A stretch of DNA of 44,452 nucleotides from Planktomarina sp. GTDB taxonomy: Bacteria; Pseudomonadota; Alphaproteobacteria; Rhodobacterales; Rhodobacteraceae. The notes below the pieces were generated by a model. The model had not been told where the DNA came from and did not search any database. It worked only from the letters and a program-made list of their open reading frames with translations. Numbering within the stretch: the stretch's first letter is position 1; each line of letters begins with the position of its first letter. Both the position numbers and the translations under genes were made by a program. The stretch covers positions 1 to 44,452 of the forward strand of contig JBMZCY010000001.1 of the NCBI GenBank assembly GCA_049613825.1. The letters run 5' to 3'. Below, in pieces: positions 36,083-44,452 of this stretch.

Positions 36083-36913
36083 TTAGACGATGCCGTGAAA
36101 CCGGCCTGGAATGCGGATCACGCGATTTGATTTCAACGCACGGGGTTTGTTCCATGCAATAATATCGCGGGATTTGGACAGTTCTGCATGGGCTAAGGCC
36201 AAGCGGGTATCCCCTTCGATCACCTTTGCAGTAGACACTTCATCTGGCACAGCATTGCGGCGATGTTGATGTTTCTCCCATCCGTTTTCAGTACGATCCG
36301 TGTCGGCCATCCGCGCTTGTGTAGCCACATCATCAACGCTGCCGAAATGAAACAGGAACAGGTTCGGATCAATCTTGTGACACTGACCTTTGACACGGTG
36401 ATACCCGGCCCCCCAGCGTAGGGGGCGGGACAGAATGCTGGCTTTTGTATACCGATCCGAAATCAGGCCGTGTTGGCGTTGACCGAGGAACGGTAAGCTC
36501 CAATTCAACGGTCCTTCGGTGCGGGTGTTGCAGGCCACGTCGATTCCGATGGCAGATAGGGCGCCGTTGATCGTGACTGAAGACAGATAATGCGCCAAAC
36601 TCGTCTCTAAAGCAGGGTCTACGATCAGAAATTCATCAATGTCTGTGCCAATGACCAGATCATATCGGCCCAGCAAATCAGCAGCCAGATCAGACGCACG
36701 CCCTGCGCGGAACTTGTCACCTTTCAAGCGCGGGCGGGGGACGTAATCTTGCATCAACACGTTCACGCCGGGCATGTCTGGCACATGCTGGTCATGGCCA
36801 TCGACCATGATGAACAGGTTTTCCGGCCCCAACGCAGCCCCGTAATACGCCGCCCATCGTAGGGTGAACTGCGCCCCATTGCGCACGGATGTCAGGGCTG
36901 CAATGCGGTTCAC
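36083..36913 (-). CDS. GT2-like glycosyltransferase (Glyco_tranf_2_4 type)
   Basis: ALTSVRN..F...WAAYYG, TDIDEF, WGAGYH, LFHFG. Likely start is GTG 36913, overlapping the mrpG TGA (GTGA). Confidence 0.82.
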   Translation of the reverse strand: MNRIAALTSVRNGAQFTLRWAAYYGAALGPENLFIMVDGHDQHVPDMPGVNVLMQDYVPRPRLKGDKFRAGRASDLAADLLGRYDLVIGTDIDEFLIVDPALETSLAHYLSSVTINGALSAIGIDVACNTRTEGPLNWSLPFLGQRQHGLISDRYTKASILSRPLRWGAGYHRVKGQCHKIDPNLFLFHFGSVDDVATQARMADTDRTENGWEKHQHRRNAVPDEVSTAKVIEGDTRLALAHAELSKSRDIIAWNKPRALKSNRVIRIPGRFHGIV

Positions 36914-37269
36914 TGGTTGTCGATGTTCAACGTAGACCATGTGTCGCCCGTGGGAGGCGTCGGAGGTACATCGCAGGTGCGTTTGTGGATATTGACCTTC
37001 GACAGGAAGTTTGCGGAAATCGGGGCAGTCACAAACAAGAACGCCACGATCAGCACTTCGTGTAGCGATCCCGCGTCAATGGTAAACGAATAGATCATCG
37101 AGGCCAGAAGCAGCGCCCCAATTCCCACAGTTCCCACTTTGGTCGGGGCATGTAGACGGTTCATCGAGTTGCTAAGCTTAACTAAGCCGATTGATCCGAT
37201 CAGCATAAACACCGCGCCGATAATCAACGTGATGGATGTGACGTATAGTCCAATCGTCGTCCAGGTCAT
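36910..37269 (-). CDS. mrpG: Mrp/Pha cation/H+ antiporter subunit G
   Basis: GSIGL...RLHAPTK, FLFVTAPISA; operon position. Confidence 0.93.
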   Translation of the reverse strand: MTWTTIGLYVTSITLIIGAVFMLIGSIGLVKLSNSMNRLHAPTKVGTVGIGALLLASMIYSFTIDAGSLHEVLIVAFLFVTAPISANFLSKVNIHKRTCDVPPTPPTGDTWSTLNIDNQ

Positions 37270-37595
37270 TCGATGACGTCCCCTCGTAACAAGAACCGTG
37301 CAAGGGCAACGGTCGAAACAAATCCAAGCATGGCGATAATCAATGTCGCCTCGAAATACAGTTGTGTGCCTTGCGCGATTCCCAGAAGGACAATCATGCC
37401 AATGGAATTCACAACCAACGTGTCCAGTGCCAGAATACGGTCACCTTTCTTTGGCCCGATCAACAGACGCGCCAAAGACAGAATTTGCGCTATAACCACA
37501 ATTACGAAACTGGTCGTCACAGCATAGTCAAAGATCATCTTTGCCGTTGGATCAAGGATCACTTCGGCAGCAGCAGTCGTAGCAGCGGCAATCAT
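37266..37595 (-). CDS. mrpF: Mrp/Pha antiporter subunit F
   Basis: RLLIGP...DRILALDTL, LGFVSTVALARF. Confidence 0.93.
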   Translation of the reverse strand: MIAAATTAAAEVILDPTAKMIFDYAVTTSFVIVVIAQILSLARLLIGPKKGDRILALDTLVVNSIGMIVLLGIAQGTQLYFEATLIIAMLGFVSTVALARFLLRGDVIE

Positions 37596-38092
37596 GCGAA
37601 AATCTCCTTCAACCGGGCTTCATAGCGGGTTTTGATCACATCAACTTCGCCCTGTGGATCATCGGTGTGCAACACATGCACCAACAGGCAGCGCCCTTCG
37701 CTGGACAGGTCCGCCGTTACGGTGCCGGGTGTCAGGGTAATGGTTCCAGCCAGCATGGTGATCGCTTCGGGTTGGGTCAGGTCCAGTGGGATGGAAATCC
37801 ATGCAGATTTCAGTTTGGCATTCGGGACCGTCAGCACGATCCACGCGACCTGAATGTTGGCCACGATGATGTCCCAGCACACGATGATCAGATACGTGAT
37901 CATCTTACCTGCACGAAACCCTACAGGACGATCCGGCCACCAAATCGCAGTCATGGCAGGAATGATGATCCCAAGGATCAGGCCAAACACAACCATCCCC
38001 CAAGAGAATTGATTTTGCAGCAGCATCCACACCACTGTCAGCAAAGCCGTTAGCAGCGGGTGTGGAAAGATGCGGCGGAAGATACCGGTCAT
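37592..38092 (-). CDS. mrpE: Mrp/Pha antiporter subunit E
   Basis: DIIVANIQVA, ITLTPGT, LLVHVL, IKTRYE. Confidence 0.94.
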   Translation of the reverse strand: MTGIFRRIFPHPLLTALLTVVWMLLQNQFSWGMVVFGLILGIIIPAMTAIWWPDRPVGFRAGKMITYLIIVCWDIIVANIQVAWIVLTVPNAKLKSAWISIPLDLTQPEAITMLAGTITLTPGTVTADLSSEGRCLLVHVLHTDDPQGEVDVIKTRYEARLKEIFA

Positions 38093-39627
38093 TGCGGGTC
38101 CCCCTGTGGTTTGGACAGTTTGCCGGGCGTTTGCAGGACCGTTTCAATGTAATCGGTCGGGGTGAACAGCTGTTCCGCGATGGTCAGAGTGTGACGGTGC
38201 AGTGTGCCTGCGAAGACGGTCGTAGCTACCAGCAGGGCGACCAACATGCCCACGGCGGCAAAGGCCAGCGGGTTTGGTGGCGTTGCGGGATCATCCGGTG
38301 TCTCTACCGATTTGGCCTTCCAATAGACTGTCGACCCTGCACGGGCAAAGCCCAGAACACTGACAAGACTGGCCCCAAGGACAATGGCCCAGATGTAGGG
38401 GGACAGCGACGATTCCCACCCTGATTGCAGGATCATCAGCTTGCCGATGAAGCCCGACAATGGTGGCAGGCCTGTCATTGCAATCGCGCCCACAAAGAAC
38501 AGCGCGGACGTTAACACCGCCCCTGCGATGGCAGGCTGTGCGGTCAGGTTCAGGTTCATCCGGCCCGATCGGGTCAGATCTACGACCAAGAACAGCAACG
38601 CCGCGGCGAAAGTAGAGTGGATCATATAATAAAGGGCCGCACCAATACTGATAACGGTGAACTGTCCTATGGCAACCATCACCATCCCCATCGATCCGAT
38701 CACTGCAAAGGCAACAAGGCGGTCCAGCTTCTTTGCCGCGATCACACCCAAGGCTCCAACGACCACAGATATCAATGCGAAAGGCAGCAACCAGTCGTGG
38801 TGCAGACCTGCCGTAACCTCAAGCGCTTCAGGGAAGACCATGGTGTAGATGCGGATGATTGCGTAAGCGCCGACCTTGGTCATGATGGCGAACAGGGCGG
38901 CAACGGGGGCAGGGGCTTCGGCGTAGCTTGAAGGCAGCCAGAAGTGCAACGGCACCAGCGCTGCTTTGATCGCGAAGACCAGCAACAGCAGCACGGCGGC
39001 GACACGAATGCCAGCAGACTCAGACGCATCCAGCATCTGCACACGCACGGCCAGGTCGGCCATGTTCAGCGTGCCGGTTTCCGCGTAAATCGACCCTAAT
39101 GCGAACAAAAACAGCGTTGATCCCAGCAGGTTGAACAGTACATATTGCACCCCCGCCTTCATCCGCGCGTTGCCGCCTGCGTGGATCATCAGACCGTAGG
39201 ATGCGATCAACAGCACCTCAAAAAACACAAACAAGTTAAACGCATCACCCGTCAGGAACGCGCCTATAATGCCCATCAACTGAAACTGGAACAGGGCATG
39301 GAAATGCTGCCCGCGGGCGTCCCAGCCGGACCCGATCGCGTACAGCAGGACCACCAAAGCCAGCACAGTGGTCAACAGAACCATCATCGTGGAAAGGCGG
39401 TCGCCCACCAGAACAATCCCGAATGGCGCGGCCCAATCGCCCATCTGATACAGCATGACAGTGCCGTCAGCGGTTTGCCAGACAAGGCTGATGGCAAGGC
39501 CGATCAGGGCCACCACACCTGCCACAGACAAGGTGCGCTGGATCGGCAAATGGAATCGTGCGGCCAGCACAATGAACGGGGCCAGAAGCGCAGGAAGGAC
39601 AACAGGAAGGGCAAGCCAGTGGATCAT
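38089..39627 (-). CDS. mrpD: Mrp/Pha antiporter subunit D
   Basis: W.APFGI, GDAFNLFVFFE, PLHFWLP, MTKVG, GLPPLSGF. Confidence 0.95.
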   Translation of the reverse strand: MIHWLALPVVLPALLAPFIVLAARFHLPIQRTLSVAGVVALIGLAISLVWQTADGTVMLYQMGDWAAPFGIVLVGDRLSTMMVLLTTVLALVVLLYAIGSGWDARGQHFHALFQFQLMGIIGAFLTGDAFNLFVFFEVLLIASYGLMIHAGGNARMKAGVQYVLFNLLGSTLFLFALGSIYAETGTLNMADLAVRVQMLDASESAGIRVAAVLLLLVFAIKAALVPLHFWLPSSYAEAPAPVAALFAIMTKVGAYAIIRIYTMVFPEALEVTAGLHHDWLLPFALISVVVGALGVIAAKKLDRLVAFAVIGSMGMVMVAIGQFTVISIGAALYYMIHSTFAAALLFLVVDLTRSGRMNLNLTAQPAIAGAVLTSALFFVGAIAMTGLPPLSGFIGKLMILQSGWESSLSPYIWAIVLGASLVSVLGFARAGSTVYWKAKSVETPDDPATPPNPLAFAAVGMLVALLVATTVFAGTLHRHTLTIAEQLFTPTDYIETVLQTPGKLSKPQGDPQ

Positions 39628-39962
39628 GTCACGTCCTCCTCAACCACGTCATCGACGGTATCGTCGTCGGACCCAAGGAACGCACCAAGGGCGATCATCA
39701 CGACCACCGCCGTCATGCCGAACGAAATCACGATTGCGGTCAGCACCAACGCCTGGGGCAGGGGGTCGGTATATACCTCGACCCCTTTGATCAGGATCGG
39801 CGGTGCACCCACAGTCAGACGACCAGATGCAAACAGGAACACATTCACCGCATAGGTCAGCAGGGACATGCCCAAAATCACAGGGAAGGTGCGCAGGCGC
39901 AGGACCAGATAAATCCCCCCCGCAGTCATGGCACCAATGGCAGTTGCAACAAGCAGTTCCAT
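39624..39962 (-). CDS. mrpC: Mrp/Pha antiporter subunit C
   Basis: DPLPQALVLTAIVISF. Confidence 0.95.
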   Translation of the reverse strand: MELLVATAIGAMTAGGIYLVLRLRTFPVILGMSLLTYAVNVFLFASGRLTVGAPPILIKGVEVYTDPLPQALVLTAIVISFGMTAVVVMIALGAFLGSDDDTVDDVVEEDVT

Positions 39963-39963
39963 C

Positions 39964-42816
39964 TTATGCCTCCTTCGCCGGTTGGGACGGGTCGATGTCC
40001 ATCACGCTGTCATCATTATCGCCCGCACGGGCCAGACCCGCCAAGCGGCTAAAGCTTTCCAGTGACAACATCACAGCACCAACCACAGCCAAGAACACGC
40101 CCACGTCGAACAGAGCGGCGGTGGCCAATTCGAATTCATTAAACGGCGGGATGCGGACATAGGTGAAATCGGATGTCAGGAAAGGTTTACCAAAGAACCA
40201 GCTGCCAATACCCGTTAGACCTGCAATCAGAACGCCGGCACCAATCACGCCATGATACGGGTACCGCAAACGGGACGAGGTCCAGTTAAAGCCTGACGCC
40301 ATATACTGCATCACGACCCCGATCGACACGACCAACCCCGCGATAAACCCGCCACCCGGTTCATTATGACCACGCAGAAAGATGTAGAAGCCAACCATCA
40401 GAACCACAGGCATAATCACGCGGGTCAGCACGACCATCATCATCGGATGTTCAGTGCCGGAAATTGGTTGGTCGGGGATACGGTTCAAAAGCCGCGCACG
40501 GACAGGGCCGGACAGCAAGGTTTCGGTCATCGCATAGATCAGCAACGCCGCGATCCCCAGCACGATGATTTCACCATAGGTATCAAAGCCCCGGAAATCG
40601 ACGAGGATCACGTTCACCACGTTTGTGCCACCACCGCCTTTGTAGGAATTCGCCAGATGGAATTCAGAGATCGGCGTCGTCAGCGCATCCCGCAGCAGAT
40701 AGTGATAGGCTAGGCCAAAGGCCGCAACACCGCCCAGAACCGCAATCCCCCCGTCACGCACACGGCGCGGGGTGGTGCTTTCGACCGGCGTTTTGTTCGG
40801 CAGGAAGTTCAGTGCCAGCAGCAGCAGAATAATGGTCACCACTTCGACCGTCAGCTGCGTCATCGCCAGATCAGGCGCGCTGAAATAGACAAAACTAACC
40901 GATACCATAAGGCCAACGACCCCGATCAGGATCAGCGACAACAAACGGTTGCGGTGGACAATGACCATTGCGCCTGTGGCTGCGACCAGCATAGCCCAGC
41001 CTGCGACTGCAACTGGCGTCATAGCCTGCATTTCACGGGTGGTTGCTGCCACGGTGCCGGATGTGAAGGCGTAGTATCCAGCGATGATCATGGTCAGAAC
41101 CATGATCGCCGCGTAACGGGTGAAGGACCCGTCATGGGTGGGCCGCATCACAGCAGTGAAGGTCCGGACGACCATAGCGATCAAGGCGTCGAAAATGGTC
41201 TTCGCTTCGGGCCGTGGGGCAGCATCCCATGCGCGTTGCAGGAACTTATAGATCGCCAGAACGATCAGGCCGCCGACAACTGCTGCAATGGACATAAACA
41301 GGGCAGGGACCAAACCGTGCCAGATTTTGATATATTTGACGTCTAATTCAGCCGTACCTCCAATGACCGATTTGGCCACAAGGAACACAAAGTCCTGCAC
41401 CAAGAACGGCGCAACACCAATCACGACAACCAGCACGGCCAAGAACGCAGGTGGCAGCCACAGGCCCGCAGGCGGATCGTGGGGCGTAGTCGGGTAATCA
41501 TCCCGCTTGGGCCCCAAAAACGTATGACTGATAAACCGGAAGCAATAGGCGGCTGAAAACAGCGACCCGAATGTCGCCAGCACAGGCACCAGCCACCATG
41601 TATTAAACAGCACAGTATGGTTGGCTTCTTCCAACATCATCTCTTTCGACAGGAAACCGTTCAGGAACGGGATGCCTGCCATGGACAAGGCCGCAACTGT
41701 AGCAATGGTAAACGTAATCGGCATCAAGTGACGCAGCCCCCCGAGGCGGCGAATATCGCGGGTATCTGCCTCGTGATCGACAATGCCGGCGGACATAAAC
41801 AGGGCCGCTTTGAAGGTTGCATGGTTTAGAATATGGAACATCGCGGCCATGGCACCGAATGCCGTGCCAGTTCCCAACAACATGGTAATCAGACCCAAAT
41901 GGGACACTGTGGAAAACGCCAGCAGCGCTTTCAGGTCATGTTTGAACAGCGCAATGAACGCGCCCAGACACATGGTGATCAGGCCAGCAGTCGTCACAAT
42001 CACAAACCATTCCGGCGTGCCCGACAACACAGGCCACATGCGGGCCATCAGGAAAATACCCGCCTTCACCATCGTCGCGGAATGTAAGTACGCGGACACG
42101 GGCGTGGGGGCCGCCATCGCGTGCGGCAGCCAGAAATGGAACGGAAACTGAGCCGACTTCGTGAAACAGCCCAGCAAGATCAGGATCAGGGCAGGGGTGT
42201 AGTAGGGACTGTCTTGAATCAATTCGCGGTTCTGCAAGATCACACTCAGATCATAGGACCCCACGATCTGCCCGATGATCAGCATACCACCGATCAGGGC
42301 CAGCCCCCCCATGCCGGTCACAGTCAGCGCCATCCGTGCGCCTTGGCGACCCTCAGGCAGGTGCTTCCAATATCCGATCAGCAGGAAGGACGACAGGGAT
42401 GTCAGCTCCCAGGAAATCAGCAGCAGCAGAATGTTGTCGGACAGAACGATGCCGACCATCGCGCCTTGGAACAGCAGCAGATAGGTAAAGAATTCGCCCA
42501 TATTGTCATTGCGGGACAGATAGCTGCGACCATAGGCGATGATCAAAAGACCGATGCCCAAAATCAGCAATGCAAAGAAAAACCCCAACCCGTCCAGCAT
42601 CAAGGTCACGTTCAGACCCAAGCTGGGCATCCAGTCGATCTGCGCTTTAACAACTTCGCCGGCCAGAACGGCAGGCATGTTGGACAGCAACCCCACAAAG
42701 GCCATCAAAGTGACCGTAAACGTGATCCCCGCACAGGCCTTGCGCCCCGCCGAATTCATCAAACCGGGCAACAACGCCCCTAAAAACGGAATGGCAACGA
42801 TCAAGAAGAGGGACAC
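39964..42816 (-). CDS. mrpA: Mrp/Pha antiporter fused subunit A/B (group 2 Mrp)
   Basis: KSAQFPFHFWLPHAMAAPTPVSAYLHSATMVKAG, NVVNVILVDFRGFDT, GHNEPGGGF. GTG 42816 is preceded by an AGGAG RBS. Confidence 0.95.
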   Translation of the reverse strand: MSLFLIVAIPFLGALLPGLMNSAGRKACAGITFTVTLMAFVGLLSNMPAVLAGEVVKAQIDWMPSLGLNVTLMLDGLGFFFALLILGIGLLIIAYGRSYLSRNDNMGEFFTYLLLFQGAMVGIVLSDNILLLLISWELTSLSSFLLIGYWKHLPEGRQGARMALTVTGMGGLALIGGMLIIGQIVGSYDLSVILQNRELIQDSPYYTPALILILLGCFTKSAQFPFHFWLPHAMAAPTPVSAYLHSATMVKAGIFLMARMWPVLSGTPEWFVIVTTAGLITMCLGAFIALFKHDLKALLAFSTVSHLGLITMLLGTGTAFGAMAAMFHILNHATFKAALFMSAGIVDHEADTRDIRRLGGLRHLMPITFTIATVAALSMAGIPFLNGFLSKEMMLEEANHTVLFNTWWLVPVLATFGSLFSAAYCFRFISHTFLGPKRDDYPTTPHDPPAGLWLPPAFLAVLVVVIGVAPFLVQDFVFLVAKSVIGGTAELDVKYIKIWHGLVPALFMSIAAVVGGLIVLAIYKFLQRAWDAAPRPEAKTIFDALIAMVVRTFTAVMRPTHDGSFTRYAAIMVLTMIIAGYYAFTSGTVAATTREMQAMTPVAVAGWAMLVAATGAMVIVHRNRLLSLILIGVVGLMVSVSFVYFSAPDLAMTQLTVEVVTIILLLLALNFLPNKTPVESTTPRRVRDGGIAVLGGVAAFGLAYHYLLRDALTTPISEFHLANSYKGGGGTNVVNVILVDFRGFDTYGEIIVLGIAALLIYAMTETLLSGPVRARLLNRIPDQPISGTEHPMMMVVLTRVIMPVVLMVGFYIFLRGHNEPGGGFIAGLVVSIGVVMQYMASGFNWTSSRLRYPYHGVIGAGVLIAGLTGIGSWFFGKPFLTSDFTYVRIPPFNEFELATAALFDVGVFLAVVGAVMLSLESFSRLAGLARAGDNDDSVMDIDPSQPAKEA

Positions 42817-42946
42817 GCGAACTCCTATCAGCAATCAGGCCCGCAATCGGGCTTTGACGATAGATGTAAGACATTATGCCCAAGGGCAAGCGGGATGGGG
42901 GGAAATCAGGAAATTATCGTGTAAAATCGATCTTAAAAAGCATACA

Positions 42947-42973
42947 CCCCGCCCCTGCAACGCAGGGACGGGG
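42947..42973 (-). terminator. Strong GC hairpin upstream of mrpA (terminator-like)
   Basis: Minus strand reads CCCCGTCCCTGC-GTT-GCAGGGGCGGGG (one G-U pair), then TGTATGCTTTTT. Confidence 0.55.
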
Positions 42974-43084
42974 GATTGCTAATGCGGCGGCATGTACTCC
43001 CGTTAATGCCGTCTGCGACATTAGCATGTCCGGCAAAATGAAGGCGCCTTTGGGGGAACGCGCGCCAGACTTGATGGCATCGCA

Positions 43085-43222
43085 TGGGATGGTACGGGCC
43101 TGATGATTGCTTACAAGCGGTTAGAACAGAATGCGTTCAAATGGCCCGCCATCAAGGACGGTGTTTTACGGCTGGACGCTGCGCAATTTGAAACCTTGTT
43201 TGCAGGTCTCGACTGGCGTCGT
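43085..43222 (+). pseudogene. tnpB: IS66 TnpB (accessory protein) C-terminal fragment
   Basis: WDGTGLMIAYKRLEQNAFKWP...QFETLFAGLDWRR. Confidence 0.85.
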
Positions 43223-43983
43223 GCAAGCCCCCGCCAAACCGCGCTTGATCGAAGGTGGTATGCCAACCGAGGCGACAATCGCCAGCGTGATCGTGTCAAA
43301 GTACGCTGATCATCTGCCGCTGTACCGGCAGTCGCAAATCTATGCGCGTCAGGGCGTCGATATCGACCGCTCCACCTTAGCCTTCTGGGTTGGTAAAGCG
43401 GCCCATGAGTTGAAGCCCGTGCACGATGCCTTGTTGGCACATCTCAAAACATCGTCAAAACTCTTCATGGATGAGACACCCGCGCCGGTCCTCAATCCCG
43501 GAAGCGGCAAGACCAAAAAGGGCTACTTCTGGGCACTGGCCCGCGATGACCGTGCTTGGAACGGGCCCGAACCACCCGGTGTCACCTTTACCTATACGCC
43601 AGGGCGATCTGGCAAATACGCATCAGAGATATTGCAGAGCTTTACTGGCGTTCTGCAGGTCGACGGCTATGCTGGATACAACCGCGTGCTTGATCTGCGG
43701 GACAATCAACCAATAGGTCTGGCGTATTGCTAGGCTCACGCGCGGCGCAAGCTGTACGATCTGACCCACAACAATGTCGCCCCCATTGCTGAAGAAGGGC
43801 TCAAGCAGATCGCGGCACTCTACCGGATCGAAGCGCAGGCGCGTGGCGCATCTGCCCAAGAACGCCTGACCATCCGGCAGCAAAAGTCTGCACCCAAGGT
43901 TAACCCAGGCTCTGACCCTCATCGTGAACGGGCACAAACAAAGCAGGATCAACGAACTGCTACCATGGAATTACGTCAAATAG
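43213..43983 (+). pseudogene. tnpC: IS66 TnpC transposase remnant (N-terminal and internal deletions, nonsense mutation)
   Basis: VSKYADHLPLYRQ, MDET, LQVDGYAGY and AYC*AHARRK (TGG>TAG at 43731). After ...QQKSAPKV it jumps to the C-terminus IVNGHKQSRINELLPWNYVK* in another frame. Confidence 0.9.
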
Positions 43984-44020
43984 GGGTCTGCTCCGGCTGA
44001 GTGCAGAATGACACCCTAAG
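43983..44020. repeat. Tn3-family 38-bp terminal inverted repeat
   Basis: GGGGTCTGCTCCGGCTGAGTGCAGAATGACACCCTAAG is exactly 38 bp with canonical GGGG...TAAG ends and lies 8 bp from the tnpA stop. Confidence 0.88.
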
Positions 44021-44028
44021 ACCGGACG

Positions 44029-44452
44029 TCACCTGCTTTTCCACCTGTATTCGCCTGTGAGCAGGATATGAGCCCATCCGAGCGGCGAGATATGCGCCAG
44101 AAGGTCTGGCGAACAGTCGAGACCGGCTCGCTTTCTGGCCGCAACAGCGTGGCCAAGATGCTTGGTGTTCCAATAGATGATGATCGCTGCCAGCAGGTTC
44201 AGCCCGGCCATGCGGTAGTGCTGTCCTTCAGAGGTTCGGTCTCTGATTTCACCCTGGCGCCCGATGCGTAGAGCGTTTTTCAACGCGTGGTGGGCCTCAC
44301 CTTTGTTCAAACCGATCTGAGCCCGTCGCTGCAGATCGGCGTCAAGCAGCCAGTCAACTATGAACAGAGTGCGCTCGATGCGACCGATCTCTCGCAGAGC
44401 AAGAGCCAACTCGTGCTGACGTGGATATGATGCAAACTTCCTCAACAACTGA
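44029..44452 (-). CDS. tnpA: Tn3-family transposase, C-terminal part (5'-partial)
   Basis: ALREIGRIERTLF, GLNKGEAHHAL, NLLAAIIIYWNT, HISPLGWAHILLTGEY. Confidence 0.95.
   Translation of the reverse strand, partial: QLLRKFASYPRQHELALALREIGRIERTLFIVDWLLDADLQRRAQIGLNKGEAHHALKNALRIGRQGEIRDRTSEGQHYRMAGLNLLAAIIIYWNTKHLGHAVAARKRAGLDCSPDLLAHISPLGWAHILLTGEYRWKSR

Larger units (their letters stand above)
43983..44452 (-). mobile_element. End of a Tn3-family transposon
   Basis: Terminal IR plus tnpA 3' end; continues beyond the window. Confidence 0.88.

Noticed and set aside
14124-42982. Many 60-290 aa ORFs antisense or out of frame within well-supported genes
   Set aside because: They are typical GC-rich shadow ORFs with no motifs or RBS.

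Overview
This window is a 44.5 kb piece of an alphaproteobacterial extrachromosomal replicon, most likely Rhodobacteraceae/Roseobacter group (inferred from gene content). It resembles the RepA-type rhamnose-operon 'biofilm' plasmids or chromids. From left to right it holds: (i) a replication and partition module: parB (runs off the left edge), an orphan membrane-protein gene wedged between parA and parB, parA, an origin with three 22-bp-phased iterons and a perfect DnaA box, and repA. (ii) A nucleotide-sugar supply block: UDP-glucuronate epimerase, glmM, manB, manC, ugd, glmU, glmS, galE and a small phosphoglycosyl transferase. An unannotated 56-aa secreted or membrane peptide with its own RBS and terminator sits inside it. 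(iii) A glycan-building and modifying block of about eight glycosyltransferase-like genes, including a GT2/methyltransferase-like fusion and a GT9-like/sulfotransferase fusion. It also has a translationally coupled three-gene operon: a degenerate SGNH-fold protein, a lectin-like protein and a sulfatase fused to RTX repeats. (iv) An IclR-type regulator and rmlCBDA. (v) A complete Mrp/Pha cation/H+ antiporter operon with a glycosyltransferase coupled as its last gene. (vi) A decayed IS66 element abutted by the end of a Tn3-family transposon. The best candidate for an undescribed system is a sulfated surface-glycan writing, binding and erasing module (about 17.6-28.0 kb). No rRNA, tRNA or CRISPR array was seen. 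All family assignments come from motif recognition by eye, with no database searches.
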